From: Bdellovibrionota bacterium
GTDB taxonomy: Bacteria; Bdellovibrionota_C; UBA2361; OMII01
DNA length: 36,330 nt
Assembly: GCA_044356425.1 (NCBI GenBank)
Contig: JBIKWG010000003.1
Coordinates: 1 to 36,330, forward strand
Reading direction: 5' to 3'
The position numbers and the translations under genes were made by a program. This document shows, one piece after another, positions 27,007 to 36,330 of the stretch. Numbering within the stretch: the first letter of the stretch is position 1; the number at the start of each line of letters is the position of its first letter. The notes under the pieces were generated by a model. That model was not told the DNA's origin. It ran no database searches and saw only the letters and a list, made by a program, of their open reading frames with translations.

Positions 27007-29079
27007 ATGGAACAATCAACCTTGTATTTTTTAACGTGGGCCACTCCTGTGTTTGGCCTCGTGTGCTTCGCGCTTGCGTACAAAATGTACGTAGGCATTC
27101 AAGCTCTGCCTGCCGGCAACGCCCGCATGCAAGAGATCAGCTCAGCTATTCGAGATGGTGCGATTGCTTACTTGCGTCAGCAGACACAGTTTCTCACCAT
27201 CTTTGCTCTCTGTGCATTCCTAGCAATATGGGGGGGATTAAATTCTCTTCCTACAGCAGTGGCCTTCCTCTTTGGTGCAGCAAGCTCCTTGCTTGCAGGG
27301 TTCCTGGGGATGAAATCGGCAACAATTTCAAACGTGCGCACTGCTCAAGCTGCTTCTGAAGGTAAGGCAGGCCAAGCGCTGATGGTGGCCTTCAATGGCG
27401 GTGCAGTGATGGGCCTTTCAGTGGCTGCTCTAGGGCTACTCGGCGTAGGTGTTCTCTTTTTGCTTTACGGCAATCCAGAGGAGCACGGCAAGATAATCGG
27501 CTTTGCGATGGGAGCGTCCTCGGTAGCTCTCTTTGCTCGCGTTGGTGGCGGCATTTACACCAAAGCTGCTGACGTAGGCTCAGACCTTGTCGGAAAAGTT
27601 GAAGCTGGTATCCCGGAAGATGATCCTCGAAATCCGGGAGTAATCGCTGATAACGTAGGTGACAACGTAGGTGACGTAGCCGGAATGGGCGCCGACATCT
27701 TTGAGTCATACGTAACCTGCATAATCGGATGCTTGGCTCTGGCTGCAACTCTTGGTGCCACACTCGTAGCTGATCTCACAGACTACGAGGCCTCAATGAG
27801 CACTGCCGACCTGCTAAACTACCGAATTTGGCTGATGGCAACTCCGCTTGCTCTTGGCCTTTTAGGCACGATTGCGTCGTTCATCGCGATTAAGTGGATG
27901 GCACTCCTTAAGGAAGGCGATCCAGCTAAGGCGCTCAGAATGGCAGTGTTGCTTGCCTCTGTGCTGTTTGTAGTTGGCTCACTCGGACTTTTCTTAACGA
28001 CTCCAATTGATGCGAAGCTGTGGTGGCCTGTCCTATTTGGAACGCTCTGCGGTATCGGAATCGGTGTTGCAACTGAGTACTACACTTCGTCGAAGCCGGT
28101 GTTCGAGATCGTTCACGCTTCAAAGACAGGTCCAGCAACCTGCGTTATCAACGGCATCGCTGTTGGTTTTCGCAGCGTAGCCATACCGCTCATCTTGATA
28201 GTGATTTCGGTACTCGTATCGAATGCCTTCGGCGGTGTGTACGGTGTGGCCCTTGCAGGCGTTGCGATGCTGTCGACAACCGGCATTATCATGACGGTGG
28301 ATGCCTACGGCCCAATCGCTGACAACGCTGGTGGAATCTCTGAGATGGCTCATCTCGGGGCTGAAACTCGCGCTATCACTGACAGGCTAGATGCCCTTGG
28401 AAACACCACTGCTGCCATCGGCAAGGGTTTTGCTATCGGTTCTGCAGGCCTCACGGCCCTCGCAGTATTCGGCGCATACACTCAGGAGTTCATCGCACAC
28501 AACAAGCCAATCAACCTTGAGATTACAAATCCAATGTTGATTGCAGGCGTGTTTCTGGGTGCCATGCTTCCAGGATTGGTAGTTGCGTTCACAATGCAGT
28601 CGGTTGGAAAGGCCGCTGGAATGATCGTTACCGAGATTCGCCGTCAGTTCCGTGAAATCCCAGGACTGCTTGAAGGAAAAGAAGGCGCAAAGCCTGACGT
28701 TTCTCGATGCGTTGAGATTTCGACCAAGGCAGCCCTCTCTGAGATGCGTGCCCCTGGACTGGTTGCATTTATTACTCCTATCCTCGTAGGCTTTCTGATG
28801 GGAGCAGATGCTCTTGCTGGACTCCTTCTTGGAACCACTGTGGTTGGAGTAGTTCTCGGCATCTTCATGTCCAACACTGGTGGAGCATGGGACAATGCCA
28901 AGAAGTTCATCGAGCAAGGCCTCGTTGAAGGTGAGAAGAAAGGATCGGATGCTCACAAGGCAGCCGTGGTTGGTGATACTGTAGGAGATCCGTTCAAGGA
29001 CACTTCAGGCCCAGCCCTCAACATTCTCATTAAGATGGTTTCAATTCTTTCGCTTCTCATAGCGCCTCTCTTGGCGTAG
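27007..29079 (+). CDS. hppA: Membrane-bound ion-translocating pyrophosphatase (K+-dependent, probably Na+-type)
   Basis: GGGIYTKAADVGSDLVGKVE, IPEDDPRN, DNVGDNVGD, GPIADNAGG, GNTTAA, GDTVGDPFKD. Confidence 0.97.
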   Translation: MEQSTLYFLTWATPVFGLVCFALAYKMYVGIQALPAGNARMQEISSAIRDGAIAYLRQQTQFLTIFALCAFLAIWGGLNSLPTAVAFLFGAASSLLAGFLGMKSATISNVRTAQAASEGKAGQALMVAFNGGAVMGLSVAALGLLGVGVLFLLYGNPEEHGKIIGFAMGASSVALFARVGGGIYTKAADVGSDLVGKVEAGIPEDDPRNPGVIADNVGDNVGDVAGMGADIFESYVTCIIGCLALAATLGATLVADLTDYEASMSTADLLNYRIWLMATPLALGLLGTIASFIAIKWMALLKEGDPAKALRMAVLLASVLFVVGSLGLFLTTPIDAKLWWPVLFGTLCGIGIGVATEYYTSSKPVFEIVHASKTGPATCVINGIAVGFRSVAIPLILIVISVLVSNAFGGVYGVALAGVAMLSTTGIIMTVDAYGPIADNAGGISEMAHLGAETRAITDRLDALGNTTAAIGKGFAIGSAGLTALAVFGAYTQEFIAHNKPINLEITNPMLIAGVFLGAMLPGLVVAFTMQSVGKAAGMIVTEIRRQFREIPGLLEGKEGAKPDVSRCVEISTKAALSEMRAPGLVAFITPILVGFLMGADALAGLLLGTTVVGVVLGIFMSNTGGAWDNAKKFIEQGLVEGEKKGSDAHKAAVVGDTVGDPFKDTSGPALNILIKMVSILSLLIAPLLA

Positions 29080-29106
29080 AGCAGCGAAGAGCTGACCTTT
29101 GCAAAG

Positions 29107-29137
29107 AGGGGCTGCCGCAAGGCGGCCCCTTTTTTTA
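29107..29137 (+). terminator. Rho-independent terminator of hppA
   Basis: AGGGGCTGCC-gcaa-GGCGGCCCCT stem with a GNRA loop followed by a T-run. Confidence 0.9.
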
Positions 29138-29298
29138 TGCCCCCTCCACTCAATATGCAGATAATCTTTCAAACCAAGATGTCACCACTAGAAAGGCCCA
29201 CCGTTTCGTGTTGTTTTGAATTGCACGCTGCCCCAACTGCCGCCTTGCGACCCGCCTAGCTCGGTTGAGAATCCTCTTTAACGAGGCACAGCTATGCA

Positions 29299-29841
29299 CT
29301 ACTCGCTGCAGGAATCTCCCTGCCCTTCTAGCTGCAAATCACACGCATCAAAAAGCTCGCCCATCATACGTTGGACTAGAAAATCGATGATGTCCTTAAC
29401 TGAAATTATTCCGATCGGCATGTCGTCTTGATCAACGATCGGTATGTGGCGAAACCCGCCGTTGGACATTAAGTTTAGCGCGAACGCTATCGTCGAACTT
29501 GGCGCTTCTCTTACGGGGTCAGCGGTCATAAAATCCTTCACAAGGGCCTGCGAAAGATCGGGAACCTTTCCCATAATTTTAAGGATACAATCTCGCTCTG
29601 TAAGAATACCCGCTACTCGATCATTTTGATCCACAACGATGACACTTCCGACACGGTGATGCTGAAGAAGCTCAAGACAATCCTGAAGCGACGTATCTGC
29701 TTCAACAGTCAGAGGCTGCTTGAGTCCGATTGCCCCGATGCTCTGACATAAAATGCTTGGAGGCATCAGCTGCAATCCAGTAGCACAAGCACCCTGAATA
29801 GTCCTTAGCAGCTCTCTCTCTTCGTGTTCTTTCTCGTTCAT
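29299..29841 (-). CDS. Stand-alone CBS-pair protein
   Basis: VGSVIVVD...GILTERD; VKDFMTADP; FRHIPIVD...GIISVKD. Confidence 0.9.
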   Translation of the reverse strand: MNEKEHEERELLRTIQGACATGLQLMPPSILCQSIGAIGLKQPLTVEADTSLQDCLELLQHHRVGSVIVVDQNDRVAGILTERDCILKIMGKVPDLSQALVKDFMTADPVREAPSSTIAFALNLMSNGGFRHIPIVDQDDMPIGIISVKDIIDFLVQRMMGELFDACDLQLEGQGDSCSE

Positions 29842-29847
29842 ACCTAC

Positions 29848-31302
29848 CTACTCGCGCGAAAGCGCCTTTAATTCGGTCTTTATCCATGTCGTCCCGTCTT
29901 CGGACAACCTAAAGCTATGGGCGCCAGGAAGCTCAGTTCGAATCTCCAATTTAACGCTACCAGAGCTTAGAGTTACCCCAGGATAAACCCCCTTTGTGAC
30001 ATTAATACGTGCATCTGACAGGCGAGCCTTGGATTCTCGCATCTTCTTCTCTTCCTCTAACAACGACTGCAACGAAGCATCTATCTGGTCGTACTTTTTA
30101 AACAGCGCCTCTAGTTTTGCTCTGAAATCAGCGCGCAGAAAGGTAATCCGCTTGCGATTTTGAAGGTACGGTCCGGCATGCAGTTCAATGGCTGCCCGCG
30201 CCGCTTGATGCTTCCCGATATTTTCGCTAAGTGCCTTGTACTCTAACGTGACCTCGACCTCGTTGCGAAGCTCTACAACAGTAAACGCTCCAGCTTCATT
30301 CCCTAGTGTGGCGCCCTCGAATCCTTTGACGCACCACACACTTCCGCCAACAATTGCTCCCCGATCACTGAAAACAGCTGATAGCGAGCGCAACGTACAA
30401 TCGCGAGCTTCTCGCTCAACAAATATATTACCATGCACCTCGCTTGAAACACCGTGAGCTACTGAAACTGAATAGTTACCGCCAGCAGAGACCGCTCCGG
30501 ATTCACCTCCGTGATGAAATCCCTTGACCACGATAGATTTTGCGCTGGATATAATATTGTCGCCTAATATAGAGCCCGCGACCTCGATGTTTCCCTGGGC
30601 TTTAACATGAAAGCCCTTCAGTACATCTCCGCCTATTTTCACACTACCGATAAAATTGATATGTCCAATTGAGTAGTCGACATCACCAGGAAGCTGCAAC
30701 GTCTCTCTAACTGAAATAAGCCCGCCTTCTTCATGCACATACCCGTTAATTTCAGCAAGAAGAAGATCATAGGTTTCACTGTCTGGCGCCGGCTTTCGAG
30801 CAATCGACTCATTTATCTTGGGCTCAAATGGTTTCCCTGGAGCAGCAAATATCTCTTTGCCAAAAACATCGCGCCCTGAGGTGCCGAGCGTCGGCTTATA
30901 AACACGCGCCAACTCTCGGCCAATTTCGATATTCTCAAAGAGACCCAAGGTGAAAAAGTCAGTGAACTCTTGGTGGCGATTCTCGTCTTTTTTACCCGGC
31001 GTAAAACGCCGCACTAACCACACAATCTTTCCGTCTCGGCCCTGCTCAGCCGGAAACCCTTTTGCCACCCTCCGAGCCTCTCCAGGTTTTCCTACTCGAA
31101 CTTCCCGCGCGATATCTTTTATAATCGTTCGGTCAAGCATATCCTCAGTAGTTACTGAGAGAATCTCTTTTACGAGGTCCTCCTCTTGCACAAACGCATG
31201 CCCCTGCTTCGGATCCACTTTAAGAAAGAGCTTCAGCTTGTCATCTGAGACAAGTAGCTCTAGGGTCTTGGCGTTATCTTCAACCTTTCGGAGGGTCTTC
31301 AT
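29848..31302 (-). CDS. FapA/DUF342 family protein (flagellar assembly protein A-like)
   Basis: VAKGFPAEQGRDG, GRDVFGKEI, GDVDYSIGHINFIGSVKIGGDV beta-solenoid, coiled coil, VYPGVTL. Confidence 0.88.
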   Translation of the reverse strand: MKTLRKVEDNAKTLELLVSDDKLKLFLKVDPKQGHAFVQEEDLVKEILSVTTEDMLDRTIIKDIAREVRVGKPGEARRVAKGFPAEQGRDGKIVWLVRRFTPGKKDENRHQEFTDFFTLGLFENIEIGRELARVYKPTLGTSGRDVFGKEIFAAPGKPFEPKINESIARKPAPDSETYDLLLAEINGYVHEEGGLISVRETLQLPGDVDYSIGHINFIGSVKIGGDVLKGFHVKAQGNIEVAGSILGDNIISSAKSIVVKGFHHGGESGAVSAGGNYSVSVAHGVSSEVHGNIFVEREARDCTLRSLSAVFSDRGAIVGGSVWCVKGFEGATLGNEAGAFTVVELRNEVEVTLEYKALSENIGKHQAARAAIELHAGPYLQNRKRITFLRADFRAKLEALFKKYDQIDASLQSLLEEEKKMRESKARLSDARINVTKGVYPGVTLSSGSVKLEIRTELPGAHSFRLSEDGTTWIKTELKALSRE

Positions 31303-31562
31303 ACTTAAGCGGCACCTAATATTGCCTCTATACGAGTAGTCGTATGAGCCATCACAAGAATTGAGATTTCTTGCAGTAAATAACTGAAGTCTGTGCCTTT
31401 TAGGCTGACACGGAGCTCTGTCACTCGCTATAGGCGTTTATCTTAGAGCCGGCGCCATCAGTGTCTTACTTAAAGTGTTTTCAGTGCGTTAGCCTAGCTA
31501 CAGGTCGTGATTATTACGGCCTAGTGGTAAAACAACCCCGTTCAATATAAAACCTACTGCCT

Positions 31563-32381
31563 ATGCCAGAACTTCCAGAGGTGCAAGCGACCGTCGATTA
31601 CTTAACTGAGCGGATAGTGGGACACCGCATTACCGGTGCCTCTATTAGCTGGCCGAGAACATTGCATGGGGTGCCGACTTCCGACTTTATAGACATAGTA
31701 ACCGGGCGCTCGATCAGACAGGTCTTTCGCAGGGGGAAATACGTATGTATTTCTCTGTCTGGCTCTCCAGAATACTTTCTTCTTGTTCATCTGCGCATGA
31801 GTGGCTCCCTTGATGTTGTATCGTCGGAATCTGCAATCGCTATTCATGATCGAGCAACAATCGAACTCAGCAATTGCAAGAGCATTCGCTTTAACGACAC
31901 CCGGAAATTTGGTCGAATATACATCGCCCCATCACTAGAAGAGATCGTCGGCGGCCTCGGCGTAGAGCCGCTTGGACCTAATTTTACTACCGACTATTTG
32001 CTTCTAGGAGTAACCGGACGATCGCGAACTATAAAGCCGCTTTTACTTGATCAGACTTTCATCGCGGGTCTCGGAAATATCTATGTCGACGAATCTCTCT
32101 GGAAAGCTCGGATCCATCCCACAACTCTCTCTCACCAGATATCAAAGGCAAAAATTTCAGCCCTGCACAGCGCTATCCAAGAGACCCTGACTGAGGCCAT
32201 ATCTTTTCTTGGCACCGACTTCGGCGATAACGTCGTTCATGGCGGAATGTACCGGCCGCGCGTATATGGCAGAGAGGATGAGCCGTGCCCTCGCTGTAAC
32301 AAGAAGATCAGACGAATAGTTGTGGGACAGCGAGGGACTCATTACTGCCCGACCTGTCAGGTGAAACAGCGGCTGGCTTAA
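31563..32381 (+). CDS. mutM: Formamidopyrimidine-DNA glycosylase
   Basis: MPELPEV N-terminus, RRGKY, HLRMSG, DTRKFG, H2TH motif GLGNIYVDESL, C4 zinc finger CPRC...CPTCQ. Confidence 0.97.
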   Translation: MPELPEVQATVDYLTERIVGHRITGASISWPRTLHGVPTSDFIDIVTGRSIRQVFRRGKYVCISLSGSPEYFLLVHLRMSGSLDVVSSESAIAIHDRATIELSNCKSIRFNDTRKFGRIYIAPSLEEIVGGLGVEPLGPNFTTDYLLLGVTGRSRTIKPLLLDQTFIAGLGNIYVDESLWKARIHPTTLSHQISKAKISALHSAIQETLTEAISFLGTDFGDNVVHGGMYRPRVYGREDEPCPRCNKKIRRIVVGQRGTHYCPTCQVKQRLA

Positions 32382-32481
32382 CGTCTTACTCTATACCAAA
32401 AACGGGGCTGCAGATTCGACCTCACGAGTGCGCTCACGGAAAGCGATCCTGATTCACTTTTTTCGAAAAAGTAAGCGCGCT

Positions 32482-33177
32482 CTACACAGAACCAAGCGAC
32501 TGAAAAAACAGAGCTACCGCAACCTGAAGTACAGGCGTAACAACTACTGGGAATAATTGATACGCCAAGATAATCCCTAGAAAATTGAATCCTGAAGAGC
32601 GCGCAAATTCAAGCAGCTTTAAAAATATCTCTTCTGGCAGAACAAGTCCGAGCACCGAGTATCCATCCAGTGGAGGTATCGGAAGCAAATTAAATACCGC
32701 CAAAATAATATTGAGAATGAAGAGCACACGCAAAAACGAAGCCAGCCCGTCGACAAGCCCACCAAGCGGAGAATAAACGAGCGTTGAGAAAGACGGCTCA
32801 AAGAACCCCATCGTTACGCCGGTGTGCATAAATACTCCGGCACTCAAGGCTATTAGAAAGTTCGACAGCGGCCCGGCAAGCGCCATTAACGCGGCTCGTT
32901 TCGGATAGCGGATCTGCCAGAAGGGATCAAACGGAGCACTTCCCCAACCAAACATGCTAGCTCCGCGGGAGGCAAGAAGAGTTAACAGCGGAATGACTAT
33001 TAAGCCAAACGGCTCTCGCCGCAAATGCGGCACCGGATCAAGGGTCACATGCCCACCAGCATACGCCGTCTGGTCGCCCCCCCATTTAGCAACCAAGGCA
33101 TGCGCTGCCTCGTGGCACACTGTGCTAAAGAGAAACGCCACGTACCACAGGGGCGCCATCGCTATAAAATCAGCCAT
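32482..33177 (-). CDS. Site-2 protease (peptidase M50) family protein
   Basis: HEAAH, ALAGPLSN, FNLLPIPPLDG. Confidence 0.93.
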   Translation of the reverse strand: MADFIAMAPLWYVAFLFSTVCHEAAHALVAKWGGDQTAYAGGHVTLDPVPHLRREPFGLIVIPLLTLLASRGASMFGWGSAPFDPFWQIRYPKRAALMALAGPLSNFLIALSAGVFMHTGVTMGFFEPSFSTLVYSPLGGLVDGLASFLRVLFILNIILAVFNLLPIPPLDGYSVLGLVLPEEIFLKLLEFARSSGFNFLGIILAYQLFPVVVTPVLQVAVALFFQSLGSV

Positions 33178-33434
33178 ATAAACCTCACTTCTTTACCATT
33201 TTGCCGGTCTTAGCTGAGCATGCGGCAGCTCCTTCCCCTCTACGGTCTGGAGGCACAAGTAATCCTCGGTAGTTATGCCTAGCACAATTCTTGCTAACAT
33301 TTTGTTGTGGATCTAGGGAAGAGCCCAAACAGTTAATCATCGCTGTACAACAACAACTCTTTGGTAATTTTCTTCCCCTTGCATCTGGTCAATCGATTAA
33401 TTTGATTGAGAAAATAGAGTGCGCTTGGAGCTAT

Positions 33435-33746
33435 ATGTCTTTTGATAAGCTAATCAGTAAGAGGTCTCGACTGCTGGGAGCCATTGAAGTTGAGGTGTCA
33501 TCTGCAGAGAAGCCAGAGGAGATTCATATTCATGGCCTGCACGGACTACAGGATAGCGACCCATTAAAAGCACTCGAAGAGCTCGCTGACAAAATGGAGA
33601 AACTAGAGTTGCAGTCACCTTGCGAGTCAACCAACAGCGAAGCCAGCGACGATGTCGTCAAGGCAATCTCTGAGATGCAAAAACAGCTAGAGCGCTTCCA
33701 ACGACAGAGCGCTGTCCTTAAACGGCTTCTTAATAAGCTACATTAG
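33435..33746 (+). CDS. Hypothetical small coiled-coil protein
   Basis: RBS GGAG before ATG 33435; heptad-like helices. Confidence 0.6.
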   Translation: MSFDKLISKRSRLLGAIEVEVSSAEKPEEIHIHGLHGLQDSDPLKALEELADKMEKLELQSPCESTNSEASDDVVKAISEMQKQLERFQRQSAVLKRLLNKLH

Positions 33747-33804
33747 TGTATAATATGTTCAGTTGGGTTCGGTGAATGTGGCGCCAGCTTCTTTAGTAAA
33801 AAAC

Positions 33805-33880
33805 TGGCTCCCCGGGAGGGACTCGAACCCCCGACAAGGCGGTTAACAGCCGCCTGCTCTACCAACTGAGCTACCGGGGA
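33805..33880 (-). tRNA. tRNA-Asn (GTT)
   Basis: 76-nt cloverleaf TCCCCGGTAGCTCAGTTGGTAGAGC...CTGTTAA...GGTTCGAGTCC...GGGGAGCCA with encoded CCA. Confidence 0.97.
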
Positions 33881-34055
33881 ACGGCAGAATCCGCATAATT
33901 CTCTTACGGCCCCTAAAAGTCAAGTCGTATAGCCTTTTTGCCCATAAAAAGGCGCGCCACCCAACAAAAAGGGCTTCTAACGATTAAATAACGACCTATA
34001 TTCAGCAAGAATAAATGGCTCACGGCGCTCGCTTAATGAGAGCTATTTTTACTCG

Positions 34056-34655
34056 CTAAAGCGAACTGCGCGCGGCGAATGCCCGAGAAAGTGTGACATC
34101 ATCTGCATACTCAAGCTCTCCACCCTTGGGGATACCCTGCGCAGGGCGAGTTGCCTTAACCCCAACATCAGCCAATAGACGTCCGATGTACAGCGCTGTT
34201 GCATCGCCTTCTACGGTAGCGCTAGTTGCGATAATAACCTCTCTAACCACGCCTCCCTTCACTCGCTCAAGAAGCTCCTTCAGCTTCATACTCTCAGGCC
34301 CCTGACCTCGCAGCGGCGCCCATAAGCCGTGAAGCACATGATACAAACCCTTGAACTCGCCAACCCGCTCAATCGCTACAAGGTCAACGGGCTTCTCTAC
34401 AACACACAGCAATGCCCCATCACGCGAGGGATTTCTGCATACCGAACAGAGCGGTTCTTCGCTCAAAAAGAAACACTTTTCACAATACCGCACCTGCTCA
34501 GCCGCCTGGCGCAGAGCATCGCCCAGCGTGCGCGCCAAACCCTTATCATTCGCAACGAGATGATAAGCTAAACGCGTTGCCGACTTCTCACCGATTGATG
34601 GAAGCTTTGAAAGCTCGCGAATAAGTTTCTGTAATGCCGCCGGAAAAGCCAACAT
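34056..34655 (-). CDS. recR: Recombination mediator RecR
   Basis: HhH motif LPSIGEKSATRLA, C4 finger, TOPRIM CVVE, YHVLHG, EGDATA, GGELEYAD. Confidence 0.97.
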   Translation of the reverse strand: MLAFPAALQKLIRELSKLPSIGEKSATRLAYHLVANDKGLARTLGDALRQAAEQVRYCEKCFFLSEEPLCSVCRNPSRDGALLCVVEKPVDLVAIERVGEFKGLYHVLHGLWAPLRGQGPESMKLKELLERVKGGVVREVIIATSATVEGDATALYIGRLLADVGVKATRPAQGIPKGGELEYADDVTLSRAFAARSSL

Positions 34656-34663
34656 ACCTTACG

Positions 34664-35011
34664 CTACAGTAGTCCTGGGATGCTAAAACCAGCTGTCACT
34701 TTTGCAAGCCGCTCATTGGTGTTTTCACGAACCTTGTGTAGCGCATCATTAGCCGCCTGCTTTACAAGATCCTGCAGCATAGCTACGTCAGACGGGTCGC
34801 AAGCCTCTGGCTTAATTGCAACAGCAATCACTTCATTTTTTCCGTTTACAGATATCTTCACTGCGCCGCCGCCAGCAGATCCCTCCGCCTGAAAGCTCTC
34901 AGCTTCCTCTTGGGCTTTCTGCATGTCTTTCTGCATCTTCTGAGTCTGCTGCAACAAAGCTTGCATATTACCGCCACCGCCGCCTGAGAAGCCCCCAAAT
35001 CCCTTTGCCAT
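34664..35011 (-). CDS. ybaB: YbaB/EbfC nucleoid-associated protein
   Basis: MQALLQQTQKMQ, GSAGGGAVK, DVAMLQDLV..AANDA; dnaX-ybaB-recR synteny. Confidence 0.95.
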   Translation of the reverse strand: MAKGFGGFSGGGGGNMQALLQQTQKMQKDMQKAQEEAESFQAEGSAGGGAVKISVNGKNEVIAVAIKPEACDPSDVAMLQDLVKQAANDALHKVRENTNERLAKVTAGFSIPGLL

Positions 35012-35067
35012 AGTACTCCTTTACTACTTTTGCACTATTACGATCTTACACAAATGAAATAGCAACC

Positions 35068-36330
35068 CTAAGAGCTCTTTACCCGCATCTGCTCTACCTT
35101 ACTGCCCGGAAATACCTTTTGCAGACTCTGCACGGCCGGATGAGCTTGCAACGACGCCTCAGTTGCCTTTGCTTTTTCAGCCTCAACTGCAGGATCAAAC
35201 GCTCCTGGCCCCTTTACAAAAGAGAGCTTCCAAACTTTTTGTGCGACTGCACCGCGCGCCTGAACAAATGCCTTGCAAGTCTCTGTAATTCGATCTTTAT
35301 CTCGCTGCAAACTAGTAACGGTGAAATCGGGGCCCGTTGCCTCAAGCACCCCTAATTCAAACCGCACCAACTTGAGACGCTTAAGGTTCTCAACCAAGAC
35401 CTTACCCGTGCCCTCGCCTACAAAGCGTAAGAAATCTTCCCAAGGAAGCGCCAACGCAGTCGCTGATTCAACCGACTCAGTGCGTGCAACATTTTGACTA
35501 TTTTGCGGCAAACCCATAGGACTTGGTGCTGCGCCACTCGAGGGCACAGACGGACTCGAACTAGCGCGTATCGGTGCGCCCACAGCAGCAGCGGAAGACG
35601 CCACGACCGAGCCAGCCTGTTTGCGAGGCTCTTCTCCCCCCGCTCCCGAAAGAACCTTGCCTATAAGCTCTCCAATTTCAGCGACAGGCTGGCGCGTCGC
35701 CATTCGCACAACTAGCGCTTCAAACCCATAACGCGGATAAGAAGAGCGATGACACCGATCGGCGCCTTCGCGTGCAAAGTCCCACAAATCCTGAACATCA
35801 ACCGACTCCAGTGATGACACGAGCCGTACGAGATCGACTATTGAGTCTCCTGCAACCCCGAGAGTCTGAAGTCGAGCTTCGCCGCCAAGCTTTGCAACAA
35901 ATGCCTCGCGCCAAAAATTCACAAATTCCTTCAGAAGGATCGACGGATCAATTCCAGTAGAAAAAAGATCCGCCGTTAAACGAAGCACTTCTTGCACATC
36001 ACGCTGCACGATGCTTTGCGCTAATTCACGAAGCGCTCTTCCCTCGACTGTTCCGAGAGCAACACTCGTCTCTTCGGCCCGAATTGGGCCCGAGCAGAAA
36101 CTAATCACCCGATCTAGCAACGTCTGAGCATCTCGCATTGAGCCGTCAGCTAGTCGCGCAACTACCTTCAGCGACTCACCATCAGCATCAATATGCTCAC
36201 GAGCGCAGATCTCTTGCAGGCGCGCCTCGATAACAGACGCACTGAGCGCTCGAAAATCGTGACGCTGACAGCGCGAAATCACAGTTTCTGGAATCTTATG
36301 GACCTCTGTGGTTGCCAGAATAAACACGGT
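35068..36330 (-). CDS. dnaX: DNA polymerase III subunit gamma/tau (5' part outside the window)
   Basis: FILATTE.HKIPETVISRCQ, ADGSMRDAQTLLD; synteny with ybaB-recR. Confidence 0.96.
   Translation of the reverse strand, partial: TVFILATTEVHKIPETVISRCQRHDFRALSASVIEARLQEICAREHIDADGESLKVVARLADGSMRDAQTLLDRVISFCSGPIRAEETSVALGTVEGRALRELAQSIVQRDVQEVLRLTADLFSTGIDPSILLKEFVNFWREAFVAKLGGEARLQTLGVAGDSIVDLVRLVSSLESVDVQDLWDFAREGADRCHRSSYPRYGFEALVVRMATRQPVAEIGELIGKVLSGAGGEEPRKQAGSVVASSAAAVGAPIRASSSPSVPSSGAAPSPMGLPQNSQNVARTESVESATALALPWEDFLRFVGEGTGKVLVENLKRLKLVRFELGVLEATGPDFTVTSLQRDKDRITETCKAFVQARGAVAQKVWKLSFVKGPGAFDPAVEAEKAKATEASLQAHPAVQSLQKVFPGSKVEQMRVKSS

Noticed and set aside
24979-29153. Long antisense ORFs opposite ettA and hppA
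   Set aside because: Typical codon-bias shadows of conserved genes.
33280-33295. Sigma-54 promoter (TAGCAC-N5-TTGCT)
   Set aside because: Lacks the invariant -24 GG dinucleotide.
33747-33880. Integrative element at tRNA-Asn
   Set aside because: No integrase and no duplicated tRNA 3' end in the window; the flanks are housekeeping genes.
1-36330. CRISPR array, IS element, prophage or known defence system
   Set aside because: No regularly spaced repeats, transposase, integrase, phage structural or nuclease motifs were seen by eye.

Overview
Gene-dense bacterial chromosomal window with no integrase, transposase, CRISPR array or rRNA. Gene content (flagellin, FapA, minor pilins, Tad-like pilin, membrane PPase) suggests a motile Gram-negative organism, possibly deltaproteobacteria/Bdellovibrionota-like; this is inference only. 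Housekeeping genes: hisS, ettA, hppA, mutM, recR-ybaB-dnaX (partial), tRNA-Asn(GTT), a Ham1/ITPase and an RsmF-like m5C methyltransferase. Accessory content: an orphan divergent flagellin; a YceI / type III PKS / ICMT-type methyltransferase / flavoprotein operon facing a divergent MddA/nurim-like methyltransferase; a four-gene minor pilin cluster; a 795-aa Cys-rich TadE-like pilin; a DUF4124 protein with a prepilin-like leader; a GH3 amido synthetase; a His-rich metal-transporter-like protein; a fatty acid desaturase; and a frameshifted conserved membrane protein. The MddA/nurim-like gene is interrupted by one in-frame UGA followed by a SECIS-shaped hairpin. The best candidates for new biology are the phenolic-lipid/polyketide-quinone cluster with a secreted YceI carrier and possible UGA recoding, and the giant TadE-like pilin with its dispersed pilin-like partners. 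All calls come from motif reading; no searches were run.
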